Counted from the stretch's first letter, positions 1-12,292 are shown. The stretch: 64,000 bases of DNA from an uncultured Nitrososphaeraceae archaeon (GCA_963825865.1 CAWGVG010000015.1:32001-96000); one strand, 5' to 3'. A program made the numbers and translations. Notes: generated by a model not told the origin, from the letters alone.

Positions 1-293
1 AATTCTGGGAAGAAGAAACCTGATCCAATATAAATGATAAGACCGGCACCTACTCCTATATTGATCAGACGAGATGATTTTTTGACGCCCTTAGCCTGCA
101 GCCCACTTATAACCCTCTCTACTCCAAGTATTATTAGACCTATTCCAGTCAAGAAAAGCCAAATGTAAGCACCAGCTGCAGTTTTTGCACCGTAAAAAAG
201 AACTACAACGGAAAGCACTAAACAGATACTGCCTACAGCTATCTGGAAGATCCAGAACCAAGATAACCTTGAAGCAGATTTGTATCTCTCCAT
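1..293 (-). CDS. Membrane protein, HdeD/DUF308-like; runs off the window start
   Basis: Hand translation from the ATG at 293: MERYKSASRLSWFWIFQIAVGSICLVLSVVVLFYGAKTAAGAYIWLFLTGIGLIILGVERVISG..., several TM helices. Not in the ORF track because it has no stop in the window. Confidence 0.5.
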   Translation of the reverse strand, partial: MERYKSASRLSWFWIFQIAVGSICLVLSVVVLFYGAKTAAGAYIWLFLTGIGLIILGVERVISGLQAKGVKKSSRLINIGVGAGLIIYIGSGFFFPE

Positions 294-1067
294 TATGCCA
301 GGTAGACACTAAAGATACCTTAAATAGTTTCTTAGTCTAAAAAGATAAAGCTTACCAGATCCTTTCGTATAATTAGCGAGGATAGCGTAAATTTTGCTTC
401 TTAAGGAAAAAGCTATTACTATTAGATTAGGCTTCAAATAAATCCTACTGAAGTATCAGCAGCTACACTCATTCTATTTGCTTTTTTGGCTAGCTTTCTT
501 CTCCTTATCAGAGAATATCATTATCTTGTTCTTCATTCCAACTATATCTCCTCAAAATTAATTGACAGAAATAACACCGCTAATTTTTCAATTAATTCAT
601 AGTTGATCATAACTTATAGAGTCGATCTATAACTTAGTTCAACGATATCTCTTGTGGTGCAGTTTCAATAAGCAGTTGAGATTCTTTAGTCTCTAAATCC
701 CTAATCACATTAATAAGTTCATTACGCATTTTATTTTTCTGATCTAAAATAAGGGATCTTTTTAGTATTGTGCAATTTTAAGGCTGAACCTTCTTCAAGC
801 AAATAATACTTTATCTGCATACCTGTTAGTTAGGCATGTATAAAAACATGGGCTTTAATAATATTTTTGTGCGCAAGTAATTTAGCTATCTGTTATCTAA
901 AATAACTGTCATTTTGGTAATAAATAGTTGATATAAAAACAGAGACTGAACTTAAGAACAGAAAGTTGCAGTATCTGAATATCTGGACAAAAACACTCAG
1001 AAGATGGTATAAATACACTAGATATGACACTTGACTTATTGAGCTAAGATGCCAGTTATCTTATTAA

Positions 1068-1586
1068 CTATGGAGGAGGAATCTTCTGCCCCAACCTAAG
1101 ATCAATACTCAATGGATTCGAAAAATTTGCATTCTTTTCTGCATCAGTAAATATTACATTCGCTTTAACATTTTTTAACGTATTGTTTGTTATAGTAGTC
1201 GCAAGTTTAGATTGGCCTGAAGTAGAATTAATGATAAAACCTTTTGCAAATGAAGAGATCTTTATCAATCTTCCATTGGGTCAAGAAGGGTCTGTAACAG
1301 AATAATTAACAACTACCTTGATTTGATGTGTTTGGTTATTACTTGTAAGTGGCAAGAAATGCGCATAGTTTAGTTTTTGTGAAATCTCTTTACCATGGTA
1401 TGCAAATGCCATATGATAATAATAATTATCATGGCCATAGTTATCACTACTATTTTCTATCATTAATTGTATTTGCTGCTGCATAGGACTAAAGAGAAAA
1501 AGACCAGTACTGACAGTAATTATAGCAGCAGAAAATATTGTTATTATTGTTATTACTGATAATATTACTTTTGTTGTTGTATACAT
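1068..1586 (-). CDS. Secreted or membrane-anchored hypothetical protein, split by a probable indel
   Basis: ORF 1281-1586 has an N-terminal TM segment and ORF 1068-1268 follows on the same strand. Confidence 0.4.
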
Positions 1587-1668
1587 CAGAGCATCAATAC
1601 CATAAAAAAAGGAGAGAGATTGAAGGATTGTTATTATTATTATTGCATAATAATTGCTTCTTATTGTA

Positions 1669-2037
1669 TCACTGACCCGTAGTTTGATTGCCGCCTGCTG
1701 TTTGATTCATTATTAGTCCCTTGGCATGCAATCTTAATAGATCACTTAGAATCTCTACACCCAGCAAGTTCTTTAGAGTTTCCTTTGCATCCATAGTTTG
1801 TATCTTGTCAGCTATAGCAGCAAGCACTGGATGATTTGACCTTATTTGAGTTATCTTCAATGCTATCAGTGCCTTTGCGATTTTTGTTTGATTTTCTGAC
1901 ATTCCTTGCATTGTTTGATCTTCTGGAGATGTCTGTGCCATTGCAACTTTTAAAGGAATGGTCAAAACAACTGCGCTTAATGATGCCATTAACATCATTG
2001 CAATTCCAAACTTCATTTTATTGGTCGTCATATTCAA
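1669..2037 (-). CDS. Secreted hypothetical protein
   Basis: 122 aa with a signal peptide ending in AMA-Q. Confidence 0.55.
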   Translation of the reverse strand: MNMTTNKMKFGIAMMLMASLSAVVLTIPLKVAMAQTSPEDQTMQGMSENQTKIAKALIALKITQIRSNHPVLAAIADKIQTMDAKETLKNLLGVEILSDLLRLHAKGLIMNQTAGGNQTTGQ

Positions 2038-3339
2038 AAGGCATTAGGATGTTTAGTATATTTCTATTATGACAATAAAATATAGGTTTAATATACATAA
2101 TGTTTATATATAATTTTTAAAGTAAAATATAGCATACAGTGGTTCGAGATATCAACTAATAATAATAATAATAAAATGACTAATTTGAACGATTTATATA
2201 GTAATTATGATTTAAAAAATAATAATTATAATACTGATAGGTACAATGAAAAGAAGTTACTGAAAAACCTCCCGACATAGATGCTGCCTTTGATAGAAAA
2301 AAGTCAAGAACATGAAGATAATACGGGCCAAGAGCGGGAACAACAAGAGATTCAATATGAAAAGAGTTTAGAAGAGCGTCGACGTAAGAAGAAGATGATG
2401 ATGATATCAGGTTAAGCAAAGAATAAGAAATACCAAAAGAAATGGCTCCTAACTATTCTCTATTAAGAATTCTATGAATTTAATTTTATCAGTTATCATA
2501 TGCAAATATATAATCATCAAAAAATATTTCTCACTTTGCTACATGTTTTAATTCTTATGCGTATATTTGACATGTGCTGTTCTAGTAATACCTCAATTCT
2601 ATCGCTGTTAGGATAACCGAGGAATTTTAGATACCTGCCAAGACAGTAAACATACCTTTCCTTTGTCGTCTCGCTCTTTATAGAGAGAAGAAAATTGTCA
2701 TAAGCGAGAGTACTGATATTATCAATGGTTTTAGCTTCTACTGATGCAGCTTAGCGGCATCAGTAGGTGTAGGTGTAGGAGGAGAAGAAGATGATGATGA
2801 TGATGAATCCATACCGCAGCATATAGACTATATGGCGTTTTATTTAAGCAACTATAAAGTCCAATCAAAGTATATTTATGGGAGCGAAATCCAAGATTTG
2901 TGTTAGGATGCCAATGAGGTATAGGAAGAGCCGGCTGATGAGGCTTTAGAATTTTTATCAGAAATATGATGAGGATTATGAGTTGCCGAGGCATCCTATG
3001 TCTTGCTTATAGATACACTCATCTATTATTTCGTTAAACCTAGCGAAGTTTAACTCATTAGATCTATATGCATGCTTTCTCCTGTATTGTTTTCTTGATC
3101 TCCAATTAGCACCACTCAATCTAAATATTCTGATTTAAACTAACACATTACTTTTGACTAATTTTTCACAAAAAAACTACTATAAAAAATATAATCATCT
3201 GTTCAAAACAATCCAACTCTGTGAGATGGTTAGTTTACGGATATCGCTGTAAGGAAGAGAGCGAATATTAAATAAAGTAAATCTTGCGCATAATTGATAT
3301 TAGCGCTAACTTTGTGTAAGTTGGTGGAAGTCGAGGCAA

Positions 3340-3543
3340 TTGTCAAAGAAAATTCAGATGCCAGGATCTGCACGCACAGGATTGGCATTGTTGTTTGTAG
3401 GAGCAATATTTGTAGGAATAGGAACTTATCTAAATAGAGGAGCACTTTCACTTTACGGACTGATTATGGTTATTGGAGGCTTTTCGTTATATATGATTTC
3501 TTCGTTTGTTGTTACAAGAAAGAGAAATAGGAGAAAAAAATAA
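3340..3543 (+). CDS. Small 2-TM membrane protein
   Basis: Two hydrophobic helices and a basic C-terminal tail. Confidence 0.5.
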   Translation: MSKKIQMPGSARTGLALLFVGAIFVGIGTYLNRGALSLYGLIMVIGGFSLYMISSFVVTRKRNRRKK

Positions 3544-4136
3544 TTATCAATAGGTTAACTATCAAGTCTCCATAATGCCCAATGTTGAGAAATATACTCT
3601 GTTATCAAGTTAAGTTAATTTAAAACTACTGCACTCTTCTTAGCTGAAAATCAGTAATTAATAGGCTTATTTCAACAATATCAATTTCGATTGTCTATAT
3701 CTTTGTATGTTTCTTATGTGCCTACAGGTTCTGGATTACTAAATGCTATCCAGTTAAAATCCACCACTTCGCCAAAACATGCTGTATCATTCATCCACAA
3801 TCTGAAACCAAAAGATGGTTGTGTGTGATGTTGATAATTGTGTATATTGGCACTGTTAATTGCATCTCCCCTGCTTTCTCCTAAATCCCGTGGAGAGATT
3901 CTAGGGTCTTTACGTTGCTAAAGAATCTAACAAGCTTGGAGTTTTGGTTTTCCTTTTTCTTTTATGTAAAACGATACAACCGCAAAATCTTTGGTAACTA
4001 TTAATTACATGTAATTGACTTACTATCTTCGCAAATCAAAGGAGCATTCACTTACTTTTGAATTGAATCGTGCTAGTAAATTTATTTTCGTTAGAAAGTT
4101 TATATTTTCATCAAATTATATGAGCCTAAGCTAAGA

Positions 4137-5340
4137 ATGAAACACAAACGGGTAAAATTAAGTATTTCAATAGCAGTTGTTATATTTTTAACAGGGTTAT
4201 CAAGTGTATTTATTGGAGCAGCAAAAGCACAACAACCACAACAGCCGTCCCAAAGACAATTGTCAATCTCAGAAAACTTGCCTTCATCATCCTCTTCTTC
4301 TCTTACAAAAATATTCAATCAAGTAGAAAATTCTGTAGTTCAGGTTATAAGTACTATTGAATCAGGCAATAATTCAAATCTGCGTATCATCATAAATGGT
4401 AATCCTATAACGCGAAACCAAACTGCATTAGGTTCTGGATTTGTATATGATAAGCAAGGGCATATTGTGACTAACAACCATGTAGTATCTAATGCCAGTA
4501 AGGTAGATGTAACATTTGTGGATGGAAACACATATTCAGCCAAGGTGGTAGGAAAAAATCCTTATAGTGACCTTGCAGTATTACAACTAACCGATAACTT
4601 CTCAGATGAAAGAGTCATTCCTCTTATAATTGCAAACTCATCTCAGTTGCAGGTAGGACAACAGGCAATAGCTATTGGTAACCCATTTGGTCTTAGCGCT
4701 TCTATGACAACAGGTATTGTAAGCCAAATAGGTCGCTTGTTGCCAACTGTGGATACACCTTACTCTATTCCAAATGGTATTCAAACCGATGCTGCAATGA
4801 ATCCTGGTAATTCAGGGGGCCCATTGATTAATATGCAAGGAGAGGTTATTGGGATGAATATTGCAATTATTTCTTCTAGCGGAGTTAATTCAGGAGTAGG
4901 CCTTGCTATTCCTTCTAATACTATTACAAGAGAAGTACCATCGCTAATACAAAATGGAACTTTTATTCATACCTGGATTGGATTTATAGGCGGTAAAATA
5001 ACTCCAGATTTAGCAAAACGATCAGGTTTGCCGCCAAATTATAGAGGTGTGATGGTAGTCTGCAATTCAAGCTGACAGCCCTGCGGCTAAGGCTGGTTTG
5101 AAAGGATTGAGCAATGAAACTACTAATGCTAATGGTGTTGCACGTTTAGGTGATATCATAATAGCAGTTGATAGTCATCCTGTCAGACAAATAGATAATA
5201 TCATAAATTACATTGATTCTCTTTCTCCAGGGGATAATGTAAAGCTGACAGTAAATAGAGGTGGCAAGATAATGGATTTGACTGCAATTCTACAGCCACG
5301 TCCAGCATCGGAGGCAGCATCCTTACCACCGCCACAATAA
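4137..5340 (+). CDS. htrA: HtrA/DegP-like serine protease with PDZ domain; indel near 5070
   Basis: Signal peptide, GSGFVYD, TNNHVV, DLAVL, QTDAAMNPGNSGGPL; the PDZ part (GDIIIAVD) is in ORF 5098-5340. Confidence 0.9.
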
Positions 5341-5447
5341 TCACCCCAACACCAACAAGATGGATAATAGAAATCAGTCTCTTGGCTACTGGCTTATTAT
5401 TATTAAAGCAGGCATTCATTTGCTTTAATTCTGCTTTTTCCAGCCAA

Positions 5448-5496
5448 TTGGTCAATCAATCATAACAGTTGGTCAACTTTGAATGTTAGTTGGTCA
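5448..5496. repeat. Three TTGGTCA motifs at exact 21-bp spacing upstream of the integrase
   Basis: TTGGTCA at 5448, 5469 and 5490. Confidence 0.75.
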
Positions 5497-5616
5497 GGAG
5501 CTAGATAGCCGTAAGTAATTAATTATAACCTTTTACGTATCATTATCAATAGTTATGTATACTTTCAGGAAACATTATTAACCTATCCTTTATATGCAAA
5601 GGAAGGATCACAACAT

Positions 5617-7148
5617 ATGCAAAAAATAAAAAATACAGCTATAACAGCAGCAGCATCAACATCAAAGGTTAAAGATCTTGAAATAGAAAAAGAAATAGAA
5701 AACAGGAAGATTGCTTTAGCAACTGAAGGTTTTACTTCTAACATACACAGCTATGGTGCAGCCCTGTTAAAAGATAGATCCCGGTTATCCAGAGAGAATG
5801 CATTGACGATATGTGATTATATAATTGCAATGAAAAGGGAAATTAATCCCCGACTTAACACTATAAGGACTACAATTCAATTTCTGTCAGAACTGTCTAA
5901 GACTGTTGGAATAGATAAGAAGTTTAATGATATGATGGCAACAAATGAAGACATTTTACTATATTTAGACAGTTGCAGAAAACCAGAGAATGATGATCCT
6001 CTTCACAAATGGATTGGGACTTTTAACACAAAACGTATTATTTTATTTAGGTTCTTCAGATGGCTGCAGTATCCTGATGTTGCAAATCCTGATAAAAGAA
6101 ATGAGTTATCTGCAGCAGAAAGGAAACCTGAATGCATAATGGATATTCCAAAGCTAAAAAGAAAAGAAGTTAGTTGTTACAAACCTTCAGATATTTGGAC
6201 ACAGGAAGACGATTTACTATTTTTGAAATGGGTTACAAGCAAACGTGATAGATGCTATCATACAATGTCTAGAGACCTGTCAGCACGTCCTCACGAGATT
6301 TTAAACCTGAAAATAAAAGATGTTGTATTCAAAACTGTAGACACAAAGCAATATGCAGAAGTCCTAGTTAATGGTAAGACTGGGAGCAGGCATATCCCAT
6401 TAATACAATCCATTCCATACATCAAGGATTGGTTATCAAATCACCCAAGCAGGAATAACCCAAAGTCTCCTCTTTTTGTAAGTGTGGGTAAGAGAAGTAT
6501 GGGTAGAAAACAACTTACACGTATGGGATTATACAAGATATATAATGACTATAAACATGTATTTTTTCCCAAGTTATTAGAGATCCAACTATATCAAATG
6601 AAGATAAGGAGAATATCAAAGCCTTACTTGCAAAGCCATTTAACCCATACATAAGAAGACATTCAGCATTAACAGAGAAATCAACTAAACTAAAATCCAG
6701 TATATTGAACCAGCATGCAGGTTGGACCATGAATAGCAGTATGGCACAAAAATATCTGCATTATTATGGTAACGAATCAAGTGAATCATTATTAGAAGCA
6801 TACGGCATTGTTACAAAAGACAATATCCCAATTGACAGATTAAACCCCAAGATATGCCATAACTGTAACGAAGGTAATACTGCAGATAGTAAATTCTGTT
6901 CAAAATGTAAAATGATAATGAGCTATGAAGGATATCAGGAAGTACTAGAATCACAGAAGCAGAAGGAAGACGAATTAAAGACAATCAAAGACCAGCAAGC
7001 AGTAATGAATGACATGCTTACAAAGTTAGTTACAGGTCTATCTAATACTACCGATCAAAACCACCTTAACACACTAGCTCAATCATTAGCTGCATCAGGA
7101 ATATTGAAACCTAAGACGATTAATAATGATAAGGATAAAGAAAGGTAA
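5617..7148 (+). CDS. Tyrosine recombinase/integrase with C-terminal Zn ribbon; indel near 6580
   Basis: Catalytic motifs SARPHE, GKTG, PYIRRHSALT, QHAGW, QKYLHY; CHNC...CSKC ribbon followed by a coiled coil. Confidence 0.9.
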
Positions 7149-7160
7149 TCAAAATACAGA

Positions 7161-7191
7161 ATAAACGTGTGGGAATTCCAACACGATTTAT
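7161..7191. promoter_or_regulatory. Near-perfect 31-bp palindrome just after the integrase stop (operator or terminator)
   Basis: ATAAACGTGTGGGAATTCCAACACGATTTAT. Confidence 0.45.
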
Positions 7192-7393
7192 CTATACTCT
7201 TATTCTATTATTTATACTAAGTGCATATATGCATCTTTTCTGAAAATAATGTTACCAAATATAAGTAACATATGTATATGTTACATTTTTCCCTATTTTT
7301 TCACTATCTTGAATGTATTAAATAATATCACCACTATCTATTACTTCGAATGTGCCAAAGTGCTTAAGTTAACTATAGTCGAATGTAGGATGA

Positions 7394-7564
7394 ATGTCTT
7401 CAAATACATTACAAGTATTGAAAGCACCAAAACAAAAGACGAAAAGAATTGTAGTAAGTGAAATCAACTACAACAAACTGGCCGAGCAAGGAAAAGTTAA
7501 CGAGACGTTTAACGATGTGATCACACGGATTCTAACATCTCAAAAAGACCAAAGAGGAGACTGA
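7394..7564 (+). CDS. Small ribbon-helix-helix (CopG/antitoxin-like) DNA-binding protein, 56 aa, not in the ORF track
   Basis: MSSNTLQVLKAPKQKTKRIVVSEINYNKLAEQGKVNETFNDVITRILTSQKDQRGD; strand-helix-turn-helix pattern typical of archaeal RHH proteins. Confidence 0.7.
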   Translation: MSSNTLQVLKAPKQKTKRIVVSEINYNKLAEQGKVNETFNDVITRILTSQKDQRGD

Positions 7565-7610
7565 GTGAGTAACGTGACAAAATTATTTCTAGGAGCTGAA
7601 AGAAAAAGAA

Positions 7611-7785
7611 ATGGTCTTAACAGAAACAGTACAGCATCAGCAACAAGCTAGAAAACATATCAAAGTTACCGAACATCCGACCTATTCCATGCTCTAGGAT
7701 CTACAATGATGTTTTTGACACCATTATTGTAGAATGTCAGCATCCAGAACATAATCAATCATTATTAAATAAAAAAAGTAGTTAA
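7611..7785 (+). CDS. Small Cys/His protein; probable indel
   Basis: Second frame reads PIPCSRIYNDVFDTIIVECQHPEH. Confidence 0.35.
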
Positions 7786-7853
7786 TGGAGAATTTTGAAA
7801 TCAAAATGTTACAATTAATATCAAATAATAAATAATAATAAAAATAGTAAAAA

Positions 7854-7876
7854 TGGTCGGGTAACCAGCCCGACCA
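7854..7876. promoter_or_regulatory. GC-rich hairpin upstream of the replication operon
   Basis: TGGTCGGG-taaccag-CCCGACCA, followed by an AACCACAGG direct repeat. Confidence 0.5.
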
Positions 7877-7929
7877 AGCATACACAAGAACCACAGGCAG
7901 CAAACCACAGGGAGCAGGTTTGTTAAACC

Positions 7930-8226
7930 ATGATTAATAATTATTCAGAGGAAGGCAAAAATAAACTTTCTGTTGATTCTACTAATTTTGGACCTGTTAG
8001 ATTAGCCCGACAGGGAGGAGGAGCAGGAGATCCAAGTAATGACAGGATAACAACTTGTAATATTTGCAGAAACAATGGATTTCCACATGAAGCAATAGAG
8101 TTTGAAAAGGTGAACGGTCGAGTTTTGTCAGATGGAACACACGAAGTCGCATCATGGAAACTGAGGGACTATTTCACAGGTCGAAAGCACGAGCATAGAC
8201 AAAAAGAAATGGAGTTTGATGAATAA
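7930..8226 (+). CDS. Small Zn-binding hypothetical protein coupled to the MCM gene
   Basis: CNIC...HEH; ends 3 bp before the MCM start. Confidence 0.65.
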   Translation: MINNYSEEGKNKLSVDSTNFGPVRLARQGGGAGDPSNDRITTCNICRNNGFPHEAIEFEKVNGRVLSDGTHEVASWKLRDYFTGRKHEHRQKEMEFDE

Positions 8227-8229
8227 AAA

Positions 8230-10727
8230 ATGGTAGCAGAAGCAGATTTCCATGATTTTGAAGTTCCTCAAAAACTAAAGGAGCAGAATGTAAAAAGAAT
8301 AGCAAAAGAAGGATCTACAATTCTGGTTCAAATGGATGGTAAAACAGTAAGGTTCGATATTGAACGTGATAAATGTCAAAAGACAATGACAAACTTTGAG
8401 AAGCAGTTAAAATTACTGGGAATAATCAATAAGGATTTCTTAAAAGAGCAAGTCATACTAATCTTAAGTGAACATTGGCCAAATATTATGAATGGTAAAT
8501 CTTCTGGTGGTAATGGTCATCAAGGACAGCAACAGCAGGATCAGGAGAAGCAACAACAACAAGAAGAAGAAGAAAATGGAATACCTGCTAAAGAGGTGTC
8601 CATATCTGAAGCATTACGAATGCATTCGGGTTATGTCAAAGTTAAGGACGGTATGATTTCAGGTTCTAGAAAATTGGAGAAGATGTCAGTTAATACGTTT
8701 TTTGTATGTGATTCATGTAAAATGATAAACAAAATAAGCACTTATTCACGTCCAAAATTTGCATTTGAAATAAATAAGTTAGAACATTCTAATAATACTA
8801 GAAAATGTGCCAACTGTTCTGTAAACACTATACCTACTGAGTATGATAACGATGTAAGAAATGCCATAAAAATAGAATTACAGGATGTAAAGACTTTTAG
8901 TGATTTAGAAAGACTACCAGCAGTACTTTTTGACGACTGTACTATTAACGTTGGTGTTGGTGAACAGGTTGCAGTTACAGGTCGAATTTATAAAATAAGA
9001 ATGAATAACAGTATGGTCCCATTCTTATTTGTAGATACGATTGAATATGAAAATAGAGAAGAGCTGTCTGAAGAACCTACTGATGAAGACATTTTAAAAA
9101 TCAAATCTATAATAAGTAAGGCCAGAGAGGAAAAAATTAGCCCAATTGATATACTGGTTAAAATGTTTGCTTCAACTATTATTGGATATGAATTTGTAAA
9201 GAAAGGATTACTTATCTGTGCTGCAAATACAGGTAAGGATTCTGTAGATAAAAGGCTTAGAATTAATGCATTACTAATTGGAGAAACAGGACTTGACAAA
9301 TCACCATTACTCAGGGCAGTAACCAAATTAGCAGCAAAAAGTAGGTATTGTTCAGCATTAAATTCTTCGATTAGAAGTCTTATTGGTATTGTAGAAAAGG
9401 AAGATGATAATCTTATGTTACGTTTAGGTCCAGTTACCTCTTCTAGTGGTGCTATCTGTGCCATTGACGAAATAGGCCGAATGCAATATGAGGATCAAGG
9501 ACAATTACTGAATGCATTACAAGAAGGTAAAATACCATTTGCCAAACATGGGTTTAACACAGTATTGGATGGTTCTGCTACTTATATCATGTCTGCAAAT
9601 CCAACCCACGACGGCACTTGGAGATATGAGAATAAGATAGAACGTGATGAAATACCTTTGCTGGGACCGTTCCTTGATAGAAATGATTTAGTATTTATAT
9701 TTAGGACTAACCGAATTAAATCAGAAATAATAAAATATGCATTTGATAAGGCCGATATATCAGAAGCAACTTATGCAGAGGAAGAAAAGAATCTTAAATT
9801 ACTAAGAACGTTAACATTCTATATTGTAAAAGGTTCAAACCTTCTTTATCTCATGAAGCTAAAAATATACTTATCCAGTTTTATGCTAGTGTAGCAACAC
9901 ATACAGGTTCTCCTAGATTATTTGATACAATCAGAAATATAGCATATGCTATTGCTAGGTTGAAACAAAAAGATATTATCGAAGTAGAAGATGCTAGTGA
10001 TGCTGTACAATTCTATAATGTTATACTACAACAGTTAGAGGAGATAGTTGTAGTAACAAAAGATCCTAGAGAGTTGGTAATAGAAGAAATCATAAAGATT
10101 CTGAATGGTTCAAAATACCAATTTGAATTTATCGAATTAATGAGAGACGTCTGTAATAGAAATGAGTTTGTTTCTAGATATTTTGGTAATGATTTCCATG
10201 TAGATACTAATAAAAAACTAAGAATGCTTCGAGATAGATTTGTCAAAGGAGGAGTAGATAATAGAATATTGATAGTTAGTTTATCACCATTGGTGTTAGC
10301 TTGGAAGTCTTCTTATGATAGTGATGATAAGGCTAAGGCTAAGGCTAAGGATGATAGTAAGACTGATATCCTAACTGACCAAACTGACCAAACTGACCAA
10401 ACTGACCTACCACTTTTTGACAGATCCCACGAAAATAATGTTATATCCGATGATAATAGTTCTAGTAAAATTGATAGTAATATCCACGATACTGATAAAA
10501 ATGACGATAATAATGATGACCCCTTGAAAAAAGCTCAGGTCAGTCAGGTCAGTCAGGTCAGTCAGACAGGCACTTCAGAAAATACGACTAGTAGAAAGTT
10601 CAAGTGTTTTTACTGTGACTTTTATCTAAGCAATGACGATGAACGTGTAAATCACATAAAGTCAGATCATAACGGCAAACTATCATGGCCGACTCAAGAG
10701 GACTTTAAGAATCGGATGGAGAGATGA
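8230..10727 (+). CDS. MCM-family replicative helicase of mobile-element type with a C-terminal C2H2 finger; indel near 9810
   Basis: Zn finger CDSC..CANC, Walker A GETGLDKS, Walker B CAIDEIGRM, sensor SANP, Arg finger LDRND, sensor-2 SPRLFD in the shifted frame, tail KFKCFYCD..H...H. Confidence 0.9.
10373..10569. repeat. Inverted arrays of 9-bp repeats inside the MCM 3' region (putative origin)
   Basis: (AACTGACCA)x4 at 10373-10407 and (TCAGGTCAG)x3 plus a partial copy at 10535-10569. The cores ACTGACC and GGTCAGT are reverse complements, with an AT-rich spacer between. Confidence 0.8.
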
Positions 10728-11778
10728 TGAATCTAGACGATGGATTAGATTTTATCCTCTCCCATTTTCCAAAAGATACACTATGGCCTAGGAAGATATC
10801 CACAAAGGCAACCGATAACCACCAAAGGTTAGTTTATAGTAAAGAGGAAGCACTTGCATGGTTTAAACTGCGTAACTATCTGGATTGCAGGATTAGTGCT
10901 TATCCACCCGTTGATGCTAGTCCTACTCACCATCGATCTTATTATAATAATGATAGACTTGGACCAGTCTAGGTTCAAGTCACGTCTAGCATTAGACAGA
11001 GCATTAGCTAGGACTTTAGATAAGATCAAAGATACATTTGATCTAGTAGTAGAAGAAAAAGAACAACCAGTGTACTGTATTATGGAACCGGAAACGGTTA
11101 TCATATCTATATCCCAATTGAGTCAAGATATGACTAGAAAGAAGGTCAGAGTTTACCAGATATACACAGGAACCATCTAAACACTTCCTACGGTTTGCAG
11201 AGCAATACCTATCAAATGGAAAAGCCGATCCTGAGCATTACAAAACTGTGTCATTTAAGAACTGCATGCTAAGGGTTCCGGGATTTATTAATTCGAAATG
11301 TGGTCAGCAGGTTAGAATTGTAAACAGATGGAATAATAACAATAACAGCAGAGCACCAATATTTTTACTTCTTGGCAGTTTTCTAGCCTACCTAGTAGAT
11401 CAAAATTCATCTAGTAGACGAATGTCATCAACATCAACATCATATACTAATAATAATAATAATAATAATAAAATCACTTGGATAGAATCACTTTTACAAT
11501 CACCGATATTATTATCAGATGGTAGAAAATACTGTTTATGGAGAATATTAGCACCCTATCTTATCAACATAAGAAGGTTGTCATATGAGCAATCATTTAA
11601 CATTATAATAGAATGGTTAGACAAGTGCAACCAGATAGAGAGAAGATTAGACTTTAACCCAAAGACAAAGCTAAAGGAAACACTTGCAAATGTAGGAAGT
11701 TATTACCCGATTAGCCTAGAGAAGTTAAAGCAAGACAATAATGAATTGTATCAAAAAATGATAGTGGAGCAAAGATAA
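10724..11778 (+). CDS. Archaeo-eukaryotic primase fused to a PriX-like C-terminal domain; several indels
   Basis: DCRISAYP, IMIDLD, TGNGYHIY (shifted frame), SFKNCMLRVPG, DGRKYCLWRILAPYLINIR; overlaps the MCM stop. Confidence 0.75.
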
Positions 11779-11788
11779 AAATAAAAAA

Positions 11789-11980
11789 ATGTCAGAATAT
11801 CTATGGACCGGTGAAAGTGCTTTCTGTCATTGTGGTCATCATATCAAGGATCATACGACTTGGAATTTTATACTAGATCCTGTGTTTGTCTGCAATGGTG
11901 AGGATCACGAAGGTTTACGTAGATGCAACTGCAAGGGATTCGTACCGTATAAAGTAATAGAGGAAGAAAAAGAAGGATAA
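11789..11980 (+). CDS. Small Cys/His-rich protein
   Basis: CHCGH..H...C...CNC. Confidence 0.55.
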   Translation: MSEYLWTGESAFCHCGHHIKDHTTWNFILDPVFVCNGEDHEGLRRCNCKGFVPYKVIEEEKEG

Positions 11981-11989
11981 GTAAGTTAC

Positions 11990-12217
11990 TCACTTATGGC
12001 CTATAGGTATATGATAGTAATACTCATCCAAATACTCAGAAATCTGGGTCATCATCCAATGAGCTAACTCACTATCGTCAGAACGTGGTAAACGATCAGC
12101 ATCGTCATCAAGTGGTTTTCTACCCTCTATACAGCCCAATGCTCCAAATATCATGTAAAGTTCTGATTTTGATATACCTGTAATATCAAATTTATTTTCA
12201 TGTTTGCTAATTTTCAT
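11990..12217 (-). CDS. Hypothetical protein
   Basis: 75-aa ORF with an ATG start. Confidence 0.5.
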   Translation of the reverse strand: MKISKHENKFDITGISKSELYMIFGALGCIEGRKPLDDDADRLPRSDDSELAHWMMTQISEYLDEYYYHIPIGHK

Positions 12218-12223
12218 AGCTGT

Positions 12224-12259
12224 TCACTCACTCACTCACTCACTCACTCATTCACTCAT
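12224..12259. repeat. (TCAC)n microsatellite
   Basis: About 9 TCAC/TCAT units between two minus-strand genes. Confidence 0.8.
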
Positions 12260-12292
12260 TTTCTTCTTTCTTTCTTTCATACCATTCAATCA

